From positions 1 to 64,000 of the forward strand of contig ADNK01001883.1 in NCBI GenBank assembly GCA_000320545.1: a stretch of 64,000 nucleotides of DNA. Reading direction: 5' to 3'. This DNA is from Bigelowiella natans CCMP2755. Lineage: Eukaryota; Protista; Cercozoa. The number at the start of each line of letters is the position of its first letter. Position 1 is the stretch's first letter. The translations under genes were made by a program, and so were the position numbers. This document shows, piece by piece, positions 22,653 to 50,328 of this stretch. A model generated the notes under the pieces. The model searched no databases and was not told the origin of the DNA. It was given only the letters and a program-made list of their open reading frames with translations.

Positions 22653-23680
22653 TCACTCGCCATCATCAACCATTGCGGTGCCACTAGCAGAATTTCTACT
22701 CTCGCCTTGCCGGTGTCGCAGCTGTTTCGTCGCGGAGTCCATAGGGACCACCATACTAGTTCTGTGTGTCGAGGGGTGATGGTAAAACCGCTCCAGGAAT
22801 TCCGTCACCTTGATTAAAAAGAGTGTGTGGAGGGAAAAGAAGGAGCGATACAAGGCACGATAGCATAGTGAATTTCCCCACAGCCATACAAAGTTTAAGA
22901 CCATATATTGCGTATTCTACGCGCGCGCGCACACACACACACAAACACAAAGAGAAAGAGAGAGGGCGGGGGGAGGGGGGAGGGGGGAGGAGACATGTGT
23001 GTATTTAAAGTCTGCTTTATATGCGCATGTGTTATAATTATCAAGTTTGCATTATTCTGAGTAGTACAAACCTGTTTCTTGCGATCATCTGCTTTTCGTC
23101 GCAACCATGATCCTTCTACGAATGAATATTCATTATAAACAAAGGGTTTCTTGCTCTGTGATGATGAGCAATTGCTATCCCTAGGTAGGTTTCATTTTTC
23201 TTTCCCCCCCCCCCCCACGGATGCAGAGTTACCGGGAGCATCAAGCATAGGCAACACATATGGTTTCATTAACAACTTTCCATCCGTCCTATGGATCGAT
23301 AGCCACCCCTAAATAAATAAGTACAAGTGTGGAAGAAGAAGTGAAAGGAGAAGATGAAGAGGAAGAGGAAGAAGAAGACGAATTAAGGGAAATTCACAAC
23401 GCTACATGCATCGGCAGAATGATAAGATTTCCTCTCGTATGCTGTCAATCCAAGCAACAACAGTAGACCGCTTACAGATAAAACAGCATCGTCATCATCA
23501 TCCTCATCATACTGTCATTGTTACTGCTGCTGTTGTGTTGTGTTGGTGCCGCTTACGTCTACAGGCTCGACGATGTGGGCACGTCGGCCTCGAATCTCTG
23601 CGACATGCACGATCGCTCCTTCTCTAATGATGAAAATGAAGATCACGGAGGATGCCAGAGGCAATCAATATATACAATAT

Positions 23681-23711
<31 letters not shown>

Positions 23712-25345
23712 GTTGCAACTCTTATTCCAGATATATTCTCGAGAATCTTCTTCCTTTTTTTTTTTTGGTTTTCCTTCCGACCGAAGCACGGCGACTTTCC
23801 CCGCTGACATTCCATGCTGCCCTGTTGGTTGTAGGAGTAGTATCACTCACTGCTTCTCACCGGAACGAAATCACGAGCACAGCACGCAGATGACCGAGTA
23901 GCTACTACTCCTCCTACTCGTTATGCTTGCTACTGCATACCTCTGACAACGACACCTCCCGGCCATATGACTTTGTAAAGCTCCGTGTCACTGCGGTCGG
24001 AAGCAAAATCCGCCGTCTCGCCTTCTATCCTGTGATGTAAATCACGACGATGATGATCATGATGATATTGATGACTGTTCCTAGTAGAATTATTTGTATT
24101 ATCTTTATCATTTTTATTAGTATTGGTAGGATGATGATAGCGGAGGGTGTAATTGACGCGAACGATCAAAGAACGAATGTTGATTGGGATGCTAGTTATG
24201 ATATCAGCGGTACATAATAGTGAAAGTTTCTCCCTCTACATTGACCGGTGTATACAACGATATACCTACCGCTTTTGTGCTACGTTGAGCCTCTCAAATG
24301 CTTTCCTGAAAGATTTAGTAACTTACAACAAACCACTACCACAGAACTAATCAACCGTACTGATCTGCTGCTGTTAAACAAACATACCGAGCGGCCATTG
24401 TGAGATACTGAGGAGCGCCCTTGAGGCTGACGATTATACGTTACTTCGAGTCAGACTTTTAGTTCACAGCAAGACGAATTGGCCTGCATTTCATGCCATC
24501 GGAAGGGTGTTAGGGTAGTCTTGCCGGTGTTTGGCTATTATTACCGATCTGGGTGCAGCTCTGCCTTCATCTTTCGTATCATCGCAATCAACTGATCCTC
24601 CTTCTCATTCTCATCCTTCCCAAGCATTGACTTTTTACAGAGGACCAAAAAAAGTAGCACACGAACGATATCACGTTGTCACGAGGGGATTCATCTCTAA
24701 ATTGCATTGAACACATGCTTCGTTATATATTGTTAGGCATTTATATTCATGTGTGTATATTGATGATACAACTAGAACGTAGAAGTATATACTCTTATGT
24801 AAACCTAGCATTAATAGTAGTAATCTCAACAACAATGATGACAAGCCACCTCCGTTTCCGCCCCAGGTCGGCTCCAGAGAAGCCGGTACCTTCCATTTAA
24901 AAATAGATTTAAAAAACGATCGTCGTCTTGTGCCCCCGCCCCCCCTTCACCTCGAAGCAAATGTACCAGTCATCGCCGCATTCCAGGATTCTCAGCGATT
25001 CCTGGTATAGACGCTGATATGTCTCCTCGTCGCCCTTCCCTTGCTTGCTCCCCCCCCTCAATCCTACTCCTGCTGCACTGAACAGGCCCTTGATTTTTGG
25101 GGCTTCTAATGTTGACTTAGATTTGTAGCATTGGGAGGCATAACAGAAAAAGGAGGAGAAGGAGAAGGGAAGGGGGGGGAGAGGGAAAGAAAAAAGAATG
25201 TCATAATCAAAGGAGGGTGATGATTGTACATCTTATCGAGTCAATGCGATGAATAGTATCAAGGGAAACATCAAGGAGCTTGATCGTAGCAGAAGGCTCT
25301 GTGTATGATCACCTTCATGGCCAGACGAGTGGGTAGCAGCAGCAT
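22653..25345 (-). CDS. multi-exon protein with an SH3b-like domain; exon structure and ends uncertain
   Basis: Short exons give YKVIWPGGVVVR|..GKVAVLR|EGAIVHVAEIRGRRAHIVEP|..GWLSIHRTDGKLLMKP, a bacterial-SH3-like beta pattern with GW.S. Confidence 0.5.
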
Positions 25346-25594
25346 GATTGCCAACGCTGGGAAAATCACGGCTAAAAACAATACATATATTCACTGGTCT
25401 CCCTGAATACTGTAAAAGAGCCTTCGAAAGGTCTTTCGTTAGGAATGGCGGTGGGAAATCGGTTGAAAATCATGGGGGCGACTTACATAAAACAGAGCTG
25501 AGAAACAGTCGTCGCGCCGAGACATGCCTCCTAACTCTGGTCCTAGTCCAAAGCATTGACAACTTGCCCCCCTTCCTCACTCACTCTCTCGCGT

Positions 25595-40767
<15,173 letters not shown>

Positions 40768-41875
40768 TTGATCAGAATTTGTAACGAATGCGACTATTTT
40801 GTGCTGATGTGGTCATTACTTGCCATGCTCGGTGACATTGCTGATTGATGTCATAAATTCAGATTAAATTAGAAGGGACACTTGTATTTATACCAATGAT
40901 GAGGTATCTGCACGCGCACTCGTCCAATGGTGAGCTAGTGGTTCGCACAAAATGCACGTGTTAATTCAATCAACGCGCTTGGGTAGAGGCGCATGAGGCG
41001 CATGAGGGTGTAGCACCTAATGCACGCACAGAGCAAACCGGGAACCGGGTCGTTAAGACTACACGGTAGACACAAGTGATGTAGGACGTGCATGGCCACA
41101 TGCTACGTTTGTCTGTCGCACATCATGTTCAAACACATTCCATGCAAGCTGTACATGTCACATGTCTTCATCGGCCTGTGCATGTTTGCTCCATCGTGTC
41201 ATGCATTGACCTAATGATCGTGCAGTGCAGCCCAAATTTTCTATTCCGAGAGCTGAGCTACACGATGCTGCACGCTAGCGCGCAGGTGGTATCATGCACA
41301 CGAAGCATCACACGTCCATGTCTAATCATTGCCATCGGTTGTGCCCATTGTGATTCGTGTAGCGCTGCGCTTTATGCTGATCAACGGTGCAGAACATTGC
41401 GATACGAGCTGTTGTTTGCTATGACCTTCACGTTCGTTCACAGTGGGATGTTGTAGTTGTTGTGCTGTGAGCAAGGCACGTACACATCGCACTGACCATG
41501 CATCCATTCTATTGGTCAAGATCTGCTAAAGCAGCAGTGCCAGATAGTGCAATTCACACAACAGAATTGCAGCTGCGCATGCATAATTTGCGGTGGTATC
41601 GCGAGCCAGCACTAAAAATATCATTACGAGCTCTAGAGCTAGGTGACAGCGCGCATGCGGATAGATGCATCCATACATTTCCTCGCATAAGATGCACATA
41701 TGTGTGTCTAGATTTATGCTCCACCACGCACAGCATAGTCTGGATAATAATGTGTAATTAGCAATTACATTGCAGTTATTTGTTGGCTTCTTGCCACCAT
41801 ACTCTAAATGTACACATCATGTTACATACATAACAGATTTTGTGTCTGTTGTATGTGTACATCATTCTCAACTTC

Positions 41876-42001
41876 CTAGAAAGCATTTTCTCTGCAACGA
41901 AGGGTATAGCTTCCAGAGTCGGCATCTGTTTCATCTTCCTCTGATTTAATATAACAGGCAGAGGGTTAGTATTTGATTCTAATTCAATTCAACACACACA
42001 C

Positions 42002-42045
<44 letters not shown>

Positions 42046-42742
42046 CAAAACTAAATAATGTCTATAGCAAAAATGAAATTTGATTGTGAGCCAGGTGATA
42101 CCCATGACAACATCGAGTCCCGTTTTGCGGCGAATCAGTAAAGTGGTTTGGTGCCCCAACGAAATCTACGAATTACACGGCATGACATCACATATCGATT
42201 GAAGTTGGAGCGTGCATGTATATACTTACAATATCTCCATCCTTTAGTTGCATCCTCGACGAGTTGCTTACCACGCTGATGGTAAAAGTTGATAGCGTCA
42301 AACACAGAATTTCGCTTTCTGATTGTTTGCACACTTGATATTTTGCGGCTGTACCCATTCACACTCAATCTATGCCGACCAAAGTTCTCGATTCGAAGTC
42401 CTTTCCAGATCTAGATAGAACAGAGATATGCTCATGTCCACATTGGTATTTTGCGCTATACCGTTTGGTAAATCGCATTTTCCATCCATATTAGCACATA
42501 CGCAGCTTGCGTGTATTTGGTGGAGCCACAAAAACCTTGAAATGCTTTCCAGATACGCCTTTATCGGTCCTTATGAAGATATCGTTCGACCGACTCCTAC
42601 CTCCAGTGTAACTAAGCCAAACATCATCAACTTATAAGACGCATCAACGGCATTTATACTAAGATCAGCTCGGTTACCTTTTATTTGGGTCGACAACTAT
42701 CTCTGTGACTGCCCCCTGCCCCCTAACCTTGTATGCAGGCAT
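41876..42742 (-). CDS. small FHA-domain protein (about 6 short exons; absent as such from the ORF track)
   Basis: Manual splicing with phase-compatible GT..AG introns gives MPAYKVRGQGAVTEIVVDPNKS|YTGGRSRSNDIFIRTDKGVSGKHFK|IWKGLRIENFGRHRLSVNG|VVSNSSRMQLKDGDI|ISLGHQTTLLIRRKTGLDVVM|EEDETDADSGSYTLRCRENAF*. FHA motifs GR, SxxH, VNG and LKDGDIISLG are present. Confidence 0.75.
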
Positions 42743-43075
42743 TGCTGAGTGGCAGCGGTGGGGGCAGCTTCTGGGGCGTGGAGATTGATTTACACGTGGC
42801 AGAGAATTTGTTTAGGGAAAAAGGCGAAATTAGCCAAATTTGCACAAGTCTCAGTTAATTTTCGCATAAAATGCCCTCATTTTCTACCTAAAACTTCATT
42901 TATTGCCATAGTATTTCCCGAGATATTAGGCTGCTGGTACATTCGAACATTGAACTTAGCGTTTGAGTATGGATTGCGCCGCTTCGAGTTTAGTATGTCA
43001 ACAAGATTGTTGTCGCAGGAACGAAATCACATGGAATTTCGATGATAAATTCCATTTTCTCATCGGGCACAAACA
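42743..43075. promoter_or_regulatory. putative bidirectional promoter (FHA / SAM-G-beta)
   Basis: 333-bp spacer between divergent start codons. Confidence 0.5.
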
Positions 43076-44359
43076 ATGGCATCCGACGACCTGGTAGATA
43101 TTTGCAAAGAAGCAAAGCTCTCAGACATCGTGGAACCTCTCGTCGGCGCCGGGATACTGACCCCAACGAAACTTCTTGCGGCACTCAAAGCGGAGAATGG
43201 AGAGCAGTGCGAGGTGATTAAGTCCCTGAAACCCGGACACAAGGCCCGCCTTCTGAAATCTCTGCACGCCTTTCTCGAGACACAGAAGGATACGGCGGAC
43301 AGCGCTGGAAATGCGGAAACAGAGAAGGCGAAAAAGAAAGTCGATGGGAAAGAGGATGGCAGAAAATCCTTGAGCACCGGAGACCCATCCTTTCTGTCCG
43401 AATCTCGCACCAAAATGTATAGGAAGCATAGAGGAAAAGTCTACGCGTTGGACTGGGTCGACAACGACAGACTGGCGTCAGCTGCACAGGATGGCAAGGC
43501 AGTTGTCGTCAATGTAGTAACCGGTGAGAATGAGAAAGTAATAAACTTGAGTTCTTCTTGGGTGATGGCTGTAGGAGCGAGCCCTAACGGCAAGCGCGTC
43601 GCTACCGGTGGCCTAGACAATATGGTCACGGTCAGAGACGAAGACCACGACGAATCAATCGAACTTAAAGGCCACCAGGGCTACATATCATGCATCAAGT
43701 TCGAATCGGACGTCTCGGTATGGTCGTGCAGTGGCGACAAAACGATTAGAAAGTATGACTGTGACACGAAGACCAACACTGCCACACTGGAGGGGCACAG
43801 CGCAGACGTGATGAGTATCGACATTGACCATCAACGTGGGCTGATAGTTTCCGGGGGTTGCGACCACACTGTTAAGATATGGGGAATGCAAGATGGGAAG
43901 TGCGTCAAGAGCCTAAGCTGTGGCAGTAGTGATATTAATTCTGTTACCTTCGCAAAGGAAGCGGGGTACGTTGCGGCTGTCAACGATGGTGGAGAGCTAT
44001 TCGTCTACGACAAAGACTATAAGGCACTAATAGAAGGAGGGAAATTAAAAATCTCGGAGTCTTCCTGCAATTCAGTTGCTATCTCATCAAACGGAAAGAT
44101 GGTATACGTCGGATGCAGCGATTCCAAAGTGGTGGCATACAACGTCGAAAGCGGAGAAGTTCAAACACTGATGCATGAGACCGACAGGATATCCAAAGTC
44201 AGCATCTCCCCCGACGGAGCCAGCCTCGCAATTGCATCGTGGAGCACCTGTATAAGTATCTGCTCAATTAGAGAAGATATAGTCAAAAAGTTCCCTCCCA
44301 AGGGGGGGGCAGAAGACAGCAACGACTCCCCGTGCTCGAGCTCTGATGAAGCTATGTAA
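43076..44359 (+). CDS. intronless SAM-like + G-protein beta-like WD40 protein, copy 1 (427 aa)
   Basis: KHRGKVYALDW..LASAAQDGK..LSSSWVMA..VATGGLDN..ELKGHQGYISCIKF..SGDKT..GHSADVMS..SGGCD..SDINSV..ASW is colinear with G-beta. The N-terminus has SAM-like LVGAGILTPTKL...LKPGHKARLLKSL. Confidence 0.9.
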   Translation: MASDDLVDICKEAKLSDIVEPLVGAGILTPTKLLAALKAENGEQCEVIKSLKPGHKARLLKSLHAFLETQKDTADSAGNAETEKAKKKVDGKEDGRKSLSTGDPSFLSESRTKMYRKHRGKVYALDWVDNDRLASAAQDGKAVVVNVVTGENEKVINLSSSWVMAVGASPNGKRVATGGLDNMVTVRDEDHDESIELKGHQGYISCIKFESDVSVWSCSGDKTIRKYDCDTKTNTATLEGHSADVMSIDIDHQRGLIVSGGCDHTVKIWGMQDGKCVKSLSCGSSDINSVTFAKEAGYVAAVNDGGELFVYDKDYKALIEGGKLKISESSCNSVAISSNGKMVYVGCSDSKVVAYNVESGEVQTLMHETDRISKVSISPDGASLAIASWSTCISICSIREDIVKKFPPKGGAEDSNDSPCSSSDEAM

Positions 44360-45431
44360 GGACTTTTCGGAGACGACGATTGATCTCAAACGCCATTATC
44401 CCCCTTCATCTGTACTCATACTATGCACAAGTGTTGCACGAGATGCCCCCTTCCCGAAACTCCCTTGCTGAATTGTATTTTAACCGTTGTGTACATATAA
44501 CAATCACATGTACATGTGCATGATACATATAACAGACACAAGGAATCTGCCATTCATGTAAGCAAATATATGACTGATTTCATGTCTATTATTAAACCGC
44601 ATGTGCATGCAGCCTAATTCAAAAACAAAACATGCGTGTTATATCATCTGTGTATTGTGCACGTGCTGCCCGATTTTGCACACGATACCAACCTTATAGC
44701 TTAGAGCCCGCGCGGAGCGATCTAGTGATGCAATATTTTTTTGCCAAATACATAACATGTAGTGGATGAACAGTAGATCAGCTGCGCAGTGCTCGTGGCA
44801 TGTCGCAACAATGAATGCTACAGCTAGAGTCACTGTATTACATGCTAGCATGCTAGCATGGCTATATGGCGCTGGCGAACCTTGCAACGTCACATACGCA
44901 AGCGACTTTTAGGATAACAACTGAAAAGATTTCAATGATTCACTACGTCTGTCTCCGCGTATATATAGGCGAGCAATTTTATAGGGGGCTCTACTTATGC
45001 GACACAGATGGGAGCTGTTTCTGTCCTGGATAAGGGCATAGCATAGTAAGCAGCCAGCATACAGCAGGTTGAAGTTGTGGCATTCCTTTGGATTGTATGA
45101 ACTACTCTAGTACTAATAAAAAGCGCTTGAATCGAGGAGCCCAACTCATACATCACAGGGTTGCACATGTAAACGAGGTGATTTTGGAGGCACATAGCCA
45201 AGCATAGAACATAATGTAATGCAATGAACGCCGGATGGAACATATGAGCAATGTATACATGTCCACCACTAGCAGCAGTACACCGTAGTTTAAACACCAT
45301 GCATGAATAAGCGGATGCATTTAGATGATATAATTGTTAGTCTTCATTTCTTCAAACTTCAAATGATTTTGTGTCACTCGGTTACAACTCATGTGGCGCA
45401 TGTCACCATGACCGTTGTGTACAAACAAACG

Positions 45432-45689
45432 CTACATCCGAGATTCGATGACCCTCTTGCGCAGTTCCTCCGGCCATGTCGTCAAGAAAGGATTTCCAGT
45501 TATTTCGAGCCTCGTTAGTGATTTCAGGTGTTTCAATTCAGAAGGGACATCTTCGAGCAGATTCTTCGCCAAATCAAGTTCCTCAAGTTTGGCTAAACTA
45601 CCCATTTCCTTGGGAAGAAAAGTGAGCTCGTTGACGCGGAGCACGAGCTTCTTCAAATTGCTTAGCCTCCCTATCTTTCGTGGAACTTT
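45432..45689 (-). pseudogene. orphan duplicate of the terminal LRR exon of the CLU-LRR gene
   Basis: Identical to 48312-48569 but cut off from its native acceptor (TTTTATTAAAAG at ~48577). Confidence 0.8.
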
Positions 45690-45955
45690 GTTTAGGGAAA
45701 AAGGCGAAATTAGCCAAATTTGCACAAGTCTCAGTTAATTTTCGCATAAAATGCCCTCATTTTCTACCTAAAACTTCATTTATTGCCATAGTATTTCCCG
45801 AGATATTAGGCTGCTGGTACATTCGAACATTGAACTTAGCGTTTGAGTATGGATTGCGCCGCTTCGAGTTTAGTATGTCAACAAGATTGTTGTCGCAGGA
45901 ACGAAATCACATGGAATTTCGATGATAAATTCCATTTTCTCATCGGGCACAAACA

Positions 45956-47239
45956 ATGGCATCCGACGACCTGGTAGATATTTGCAAAGAAGCAAAGCTC
46001 TCAGACATCGTGGAACCTCTCGTCGGCGCCGGGATACTGACCCCAACGAAACTTCTTGCGGCACTCAAAGCGGAGAATGGAGAGCAGTGCGAGGTGATTA
46101 AGTCCCTGAAACCCGGACACAAGGCCCGCCTTCTGAAATCTCTGCACGCCTTTCTCGAGACACAGAAGGATACGGCGGACAGCGCTGGAAATGCGGAAAC
46201 AGAGAAGGCGAAAAAGAAAGTCGATGGGAAAGAGGATGGCAGAAAATCCTTGAGCACCGGAGACCCATCCTTTCTGTCCGAATCTCGCACCAAAATGTAT
46301 AGGAAGCATAGAGGAAAAGTCTACGCGTTGGACTGGGTCGACAACGACAGACTGGCGTCAGCTGCACAGGATGGCAAGGCAGTTGTCGTCAATGTAGTAA
46401 CCGGTGAGAATGAGAAAGTAATAAACTTGAGTTCTTCTTGGGTGATGGCTGTAGGAGCGAGCCCTAACGGCAAGCGCGTCGCTACCGGTGGCCTAGACAA
46501 TATGGTCACGGTCAGAGACGAAGACCACGACGAATCAATCGAACTTAAAGGCCACCAGGGCTACATATCATGCATCAAGTTCGAATCGGACGTCTCGGTA
46601 TGGTCGTGCAGTGGCGACAAAACGATTAGAAAGTATGACTGTGACACGAAGACCAACACTGCCACACTGGAGGGGCACAGCGCAGACGTGATGAGTATCG
46701 ACATTGACCATCAACGTGGGCTGATAGTTTCCGGGGGTTGCGACCACACTGTTAAGATATGGGGAATGCAAGATGGGAAGTGCGTCAAGAGCCTAAGCTG
46801 TGGCAGTAGTGATATTAATTCTGTTACCTTCGCAAAGGAAGCGGGGTACGTTGCGGCTGTCAACGATGGTGGAGAGCTATTCGTCTACGACAAAGACTAT
46901 AAGGCACTAATAGAAGGAGGGAAATTAAAAATCTCGGAGTCTTCCTGCAATTCAGTTGCTATCTCATCAAACGGAAAGATGGTATACGTCGGATGCAGCG
47001 ATTCCAAAGTGGTGGCATACAACGTCGAAAGCGGAGAAGTTCAAACACTGATGCATGAGACCGACAGGATATCCAAAGTCAGCATCTCCCCCGACGGAGC
47101 CAGCCTCGCAATTGCATCGTGGAGCACCTGTATAAGTATCTGCTCAATTAGAGAAGATATAGTCAAAAAGTTCCCTCCCAAGGGGGGGGCAGAAGACAGC
47201 AACGACTCCCCGTGCTCGAGCTCTGATGAAGCTATGTAA
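45956..47239 (+). CDS. SAM-like + G-beta-like WD40 protein, copy 2 (identical)
   Basis: Identical translation to 43076-44359. Confidence 0.88.
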   Translation: MASDDLVDICKEAKLSDIVEPLVGAGILTPTKLLAALKAENGEQCEVIKSLKPGHKARLLKSLHAFLETQKDTADSAGNAETEKAKKKVDGKEDGRKSLSTGDPSFLSESRTKMYRKHRGKVYALDWVDNDRLASAAQDGKAVVVNVVTGENEKVINLSSSWVMAVGASPNGKRVATGGLDNMVTVRDEDHDESIELKGHQGYISCIKFESDVSVWSCSGDKTIRKYDCDTKTNTATLEGHSADVMSIDIDHQRGLIVSGGCDHTVKIWGMQDGKCVKSLSCGSSDINSVTFAKEAGYVAAVNDGGELFVYDKDYKALIEGGKLKISESSCNSVAISSNGKMVYVGCSDSKVVAYNVESGEVQTLMHETDRISKVSISPDGASLAIASWSTCISICSIREDIVKKFPPKGGAEDSNDSPCSSSDEAM

Positions 47240-48311
47240 GGACTTTTCGGAGACGACGATTGATCTCAAACGCCATTATCCCCCTTCATCTGTACTCATA
47301 CTATGCACAAGTGTTGCACGAGATGCCCCCTTCCCGAAACTCCCTTGCTGAATTGTATTTTAACCGTTGTGTACATATAACAATCACATGTACATGTGCA
47401 TGATACATATAACAGACACAAGGAATCTGCCATTCATGTAAGCAAATATATGACTGATTTCATGTCTATTATTAAACCGCATGTGCATGCAGCCTAATTC
47501 AAAAACAAAACATGCGTGTTATATCATCTGTGTATTGTGCACGTGCTGCCCGATTTTGCACACGATACCAACCTTATAGCTTAGAGCCCGCGCGGAGCGA
47601 TCTAGTGATGCAATATTTTTTTGCCAAATACATAACATGTAGTGGATGAACAGTAGATCAGCTGCGCAGTGCTCGTGGCATGTCGCAACAATGAATGCTA
47701 CAGCTAGAGTCACTGTATTACATGCTAGCATGCTAGCATGGCTATATGGCGCTGGCGAACCTTGCAACGTCACATACGCAAGCGACTTTTAGGATAACAA
47801 CTGAAAAGATTTCAATGATTCACTACGTCTGTCTCCGCGTATATATAGGCGAGCAATTTTATAGGGGGCTCTACTTATGCGACACAGATGGGAGCTGTTT
47901 CTGTCCTGGATAAGGGCATAGCATAGTAAGCAGCCAGCATACAGCAGGTTGAAGTTGTGGCATTCCTTTGGATTGTATGAACTACTCTAGTACTAATAAA
48001 AAGCGCTTGAATCGAGGAGCCCAACTCATACATCACAGGGTTGCACATGTAAACGAGGTGATTTTGGAGGCACATAGCCAAGCATAGAACATAATGTAAT
48101 GCAATGAACGCCGGATGGAACATATGAGCAATGTATACATGTCCACCACTAGCAGCAGTACACCGTAGTTTAAACACCATGCATGAATAAGCGGATGCAT
48201 TTAGATGATATAATTGTTAGTCTTCATTTCTTCAAACTTCAAATGATTTTGTGTCACTCGGTTACAACTCATGTGGCGCATGTCACCATGACCGTTGTGT
48301 ACAAACAAACG

Positions 48312-49428
48312 CTACATCCGAGATTCGATGACCCTCTTGCGCAGTTCCTCCGGCCATGTCGTCAAGAAAGGATTTCCAGTTATTTCGAGCCTCGTTAGTG
48401 ATTTCAGGTGTTTCAATTCAGAAGGGACATCTTCGAGCAGATTCTTCGCCAAATCAAGTTCCTCAAGTTTGGCTAAACTACCCATTTCCTTGGGAAGAAA
48501 AGTGAGCTCGTTGACGCGGAGCACGAGCTTCTTCAAATTGCTTAGCCTCCCTATCTTTCGTGGAACTTTCACGAGCTTTTAATAAAAAAAAACAAATATG
48601 TGTCAATTTGAGGATTGTTTTGAGTTGTATCCCCCCCTGTTGGCGAGAATAGCAGGAAATATACATATGAGCACAATGTGCACGTGCTATCTGCTCTTCC
48701 GGCACGATCTCAAACGCTTTGGGTGAGGATGGCTGTAGATGATGATGATGGAAATACTGTAATGCGTCTACAAAACTAAGTGGTTGAAACTACAGGTGTC
48801 CAATGAGCTACCTTGTTCATGTGCAGCTCGAGAACTGTCAAAGACTTTAATCTGCCTAAGGACGAGAAGTCATTCATTGTGAATAGAAATTGGAACCAGA
48901 CACGAGTGAGCACAAATATCTGGCTTTATCAGGTAGGCCTTTTCCAGTTGCCCCTCTCCTCCCCCTTCTGCGGTGTGTGGCTGTGTGTGTGTGTCCGCGC
49001 GTGTGCGCATGCTCCTTGCTCACCTATTTCATTCGGTAGAAATGAGATCCTGTTGCCTTCCAAGCACAGAATTTCAAGCCTAAAGTAGCGTAGAAAGGTT
49101 GCACACATCAAATTCGTTTTGAAACGATTCTCTCGAGCATCAGCGACAAAGCTGTTTCTATCTCGGGTATTTGGCGCCCGAGGAAGCACCATGAAGCAGG
49201 ACTCCACAGAGCGCACAGTCGCTGGGAGCGTGTTGTTGCTGCTCAACCAGGATATGCCTCGCTGTTTGAGAAAACCAGGCGAGAATAGCCCAGAAGCTCG
49301 ACGATAGTTTTCCCGTTTCCATTCTTCCTCTCCCCTCCCCTCCGAAGCTTCCTCGTTTCTACGAAGCCTCTCTTAGTCGGTACATATCTTCTTGTGAGGG
49401 CACTCAGAACTACTGCCATAACTACTAT

Positions 49429-49467
<39 letters not shown>

Positions 49468-49759
49468 AATTAGCACTACTTCTGTAACTCGCCAATCCGG
49501 TTCGGAAGTGCGCGCAGGCAGTTGTGGTAAAGCTCAAGATGCCGCAATTCGGTGAGGAAGCCTGACAGGGTGGAAGGGGGGGGGAGAGTTCAGTGGATGC
49601 TGTTTTCACAAAGCATAGGCGAAGGAGCTTATATGACCGATTTCATCGGGAAGTTCCTCTAGTTGATTCGCATACCTAAGAACCAACACACGAATCAAGC
49701 TGTTAGCAAACGCTGAATGAATCTCCGCGAGGAAATATACAGGTAGATAGAAACAAACC

Positions 49760-49805
<46 letters not shown>

Positions 49806-50009
49806 TCTCGCGTATTCTTACAGATCTAATTTCTCCAAGAAGCGAAGGTTTCCGATATAGGGCGGAAGGCTTTTGAGCTCATTCTTTGCCAGAGTGAGTG
49901 ACTTGAGGCCCGTCAGCTTGCCGATGGTGCTCGGCAATTGCGAGATGTAGTTGTCGGATACCTGATTCGAGGCAGGTCAGAATATTAGTTTTGTGCTGCA
50001 TATATATAT

Positions 50010-50049
<40 letters not shown>

Positions 50050-50287
50050 AATATATATATCGACATGAGTCCGCCCACGCAACAACACAAAATGAATAGT
50101 ACATCGAGCTCCTGCAGCCACGTGAGATCGGTGATGTTGTGGTAGAGTTCTTTCAGGTGATTTCGCTGTGCGCGTAGGATTTTGAGGCTGCGGCATCGCC
50201 CGACGCAGGTGGGCAGCGACTGGACCTCATTACCGCTCACGTCGAGTCTGTTGTTGGTGAAGATGAACGAGTAGTAAGAGGAGGATA

Positions 50288-50328
<41 letters not shown>

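Larger units (their letters stand above)
42807..48569 (+). repeat. head-to-tail tandem duplication, 2,880-bp unit (42807-45689 = 45687-48569)
   Basis: Identical ORFs at an offset of 2,880; no mismatches seen by eye; junction shares TTT microhomology at 45687-45689. Confidence 0.95.

Noticed and set aside
42807-48569. Duplication as a transposon
   Set aside because: No TIRs, LTRs, TSD or transposase; it contains only host gene sequence
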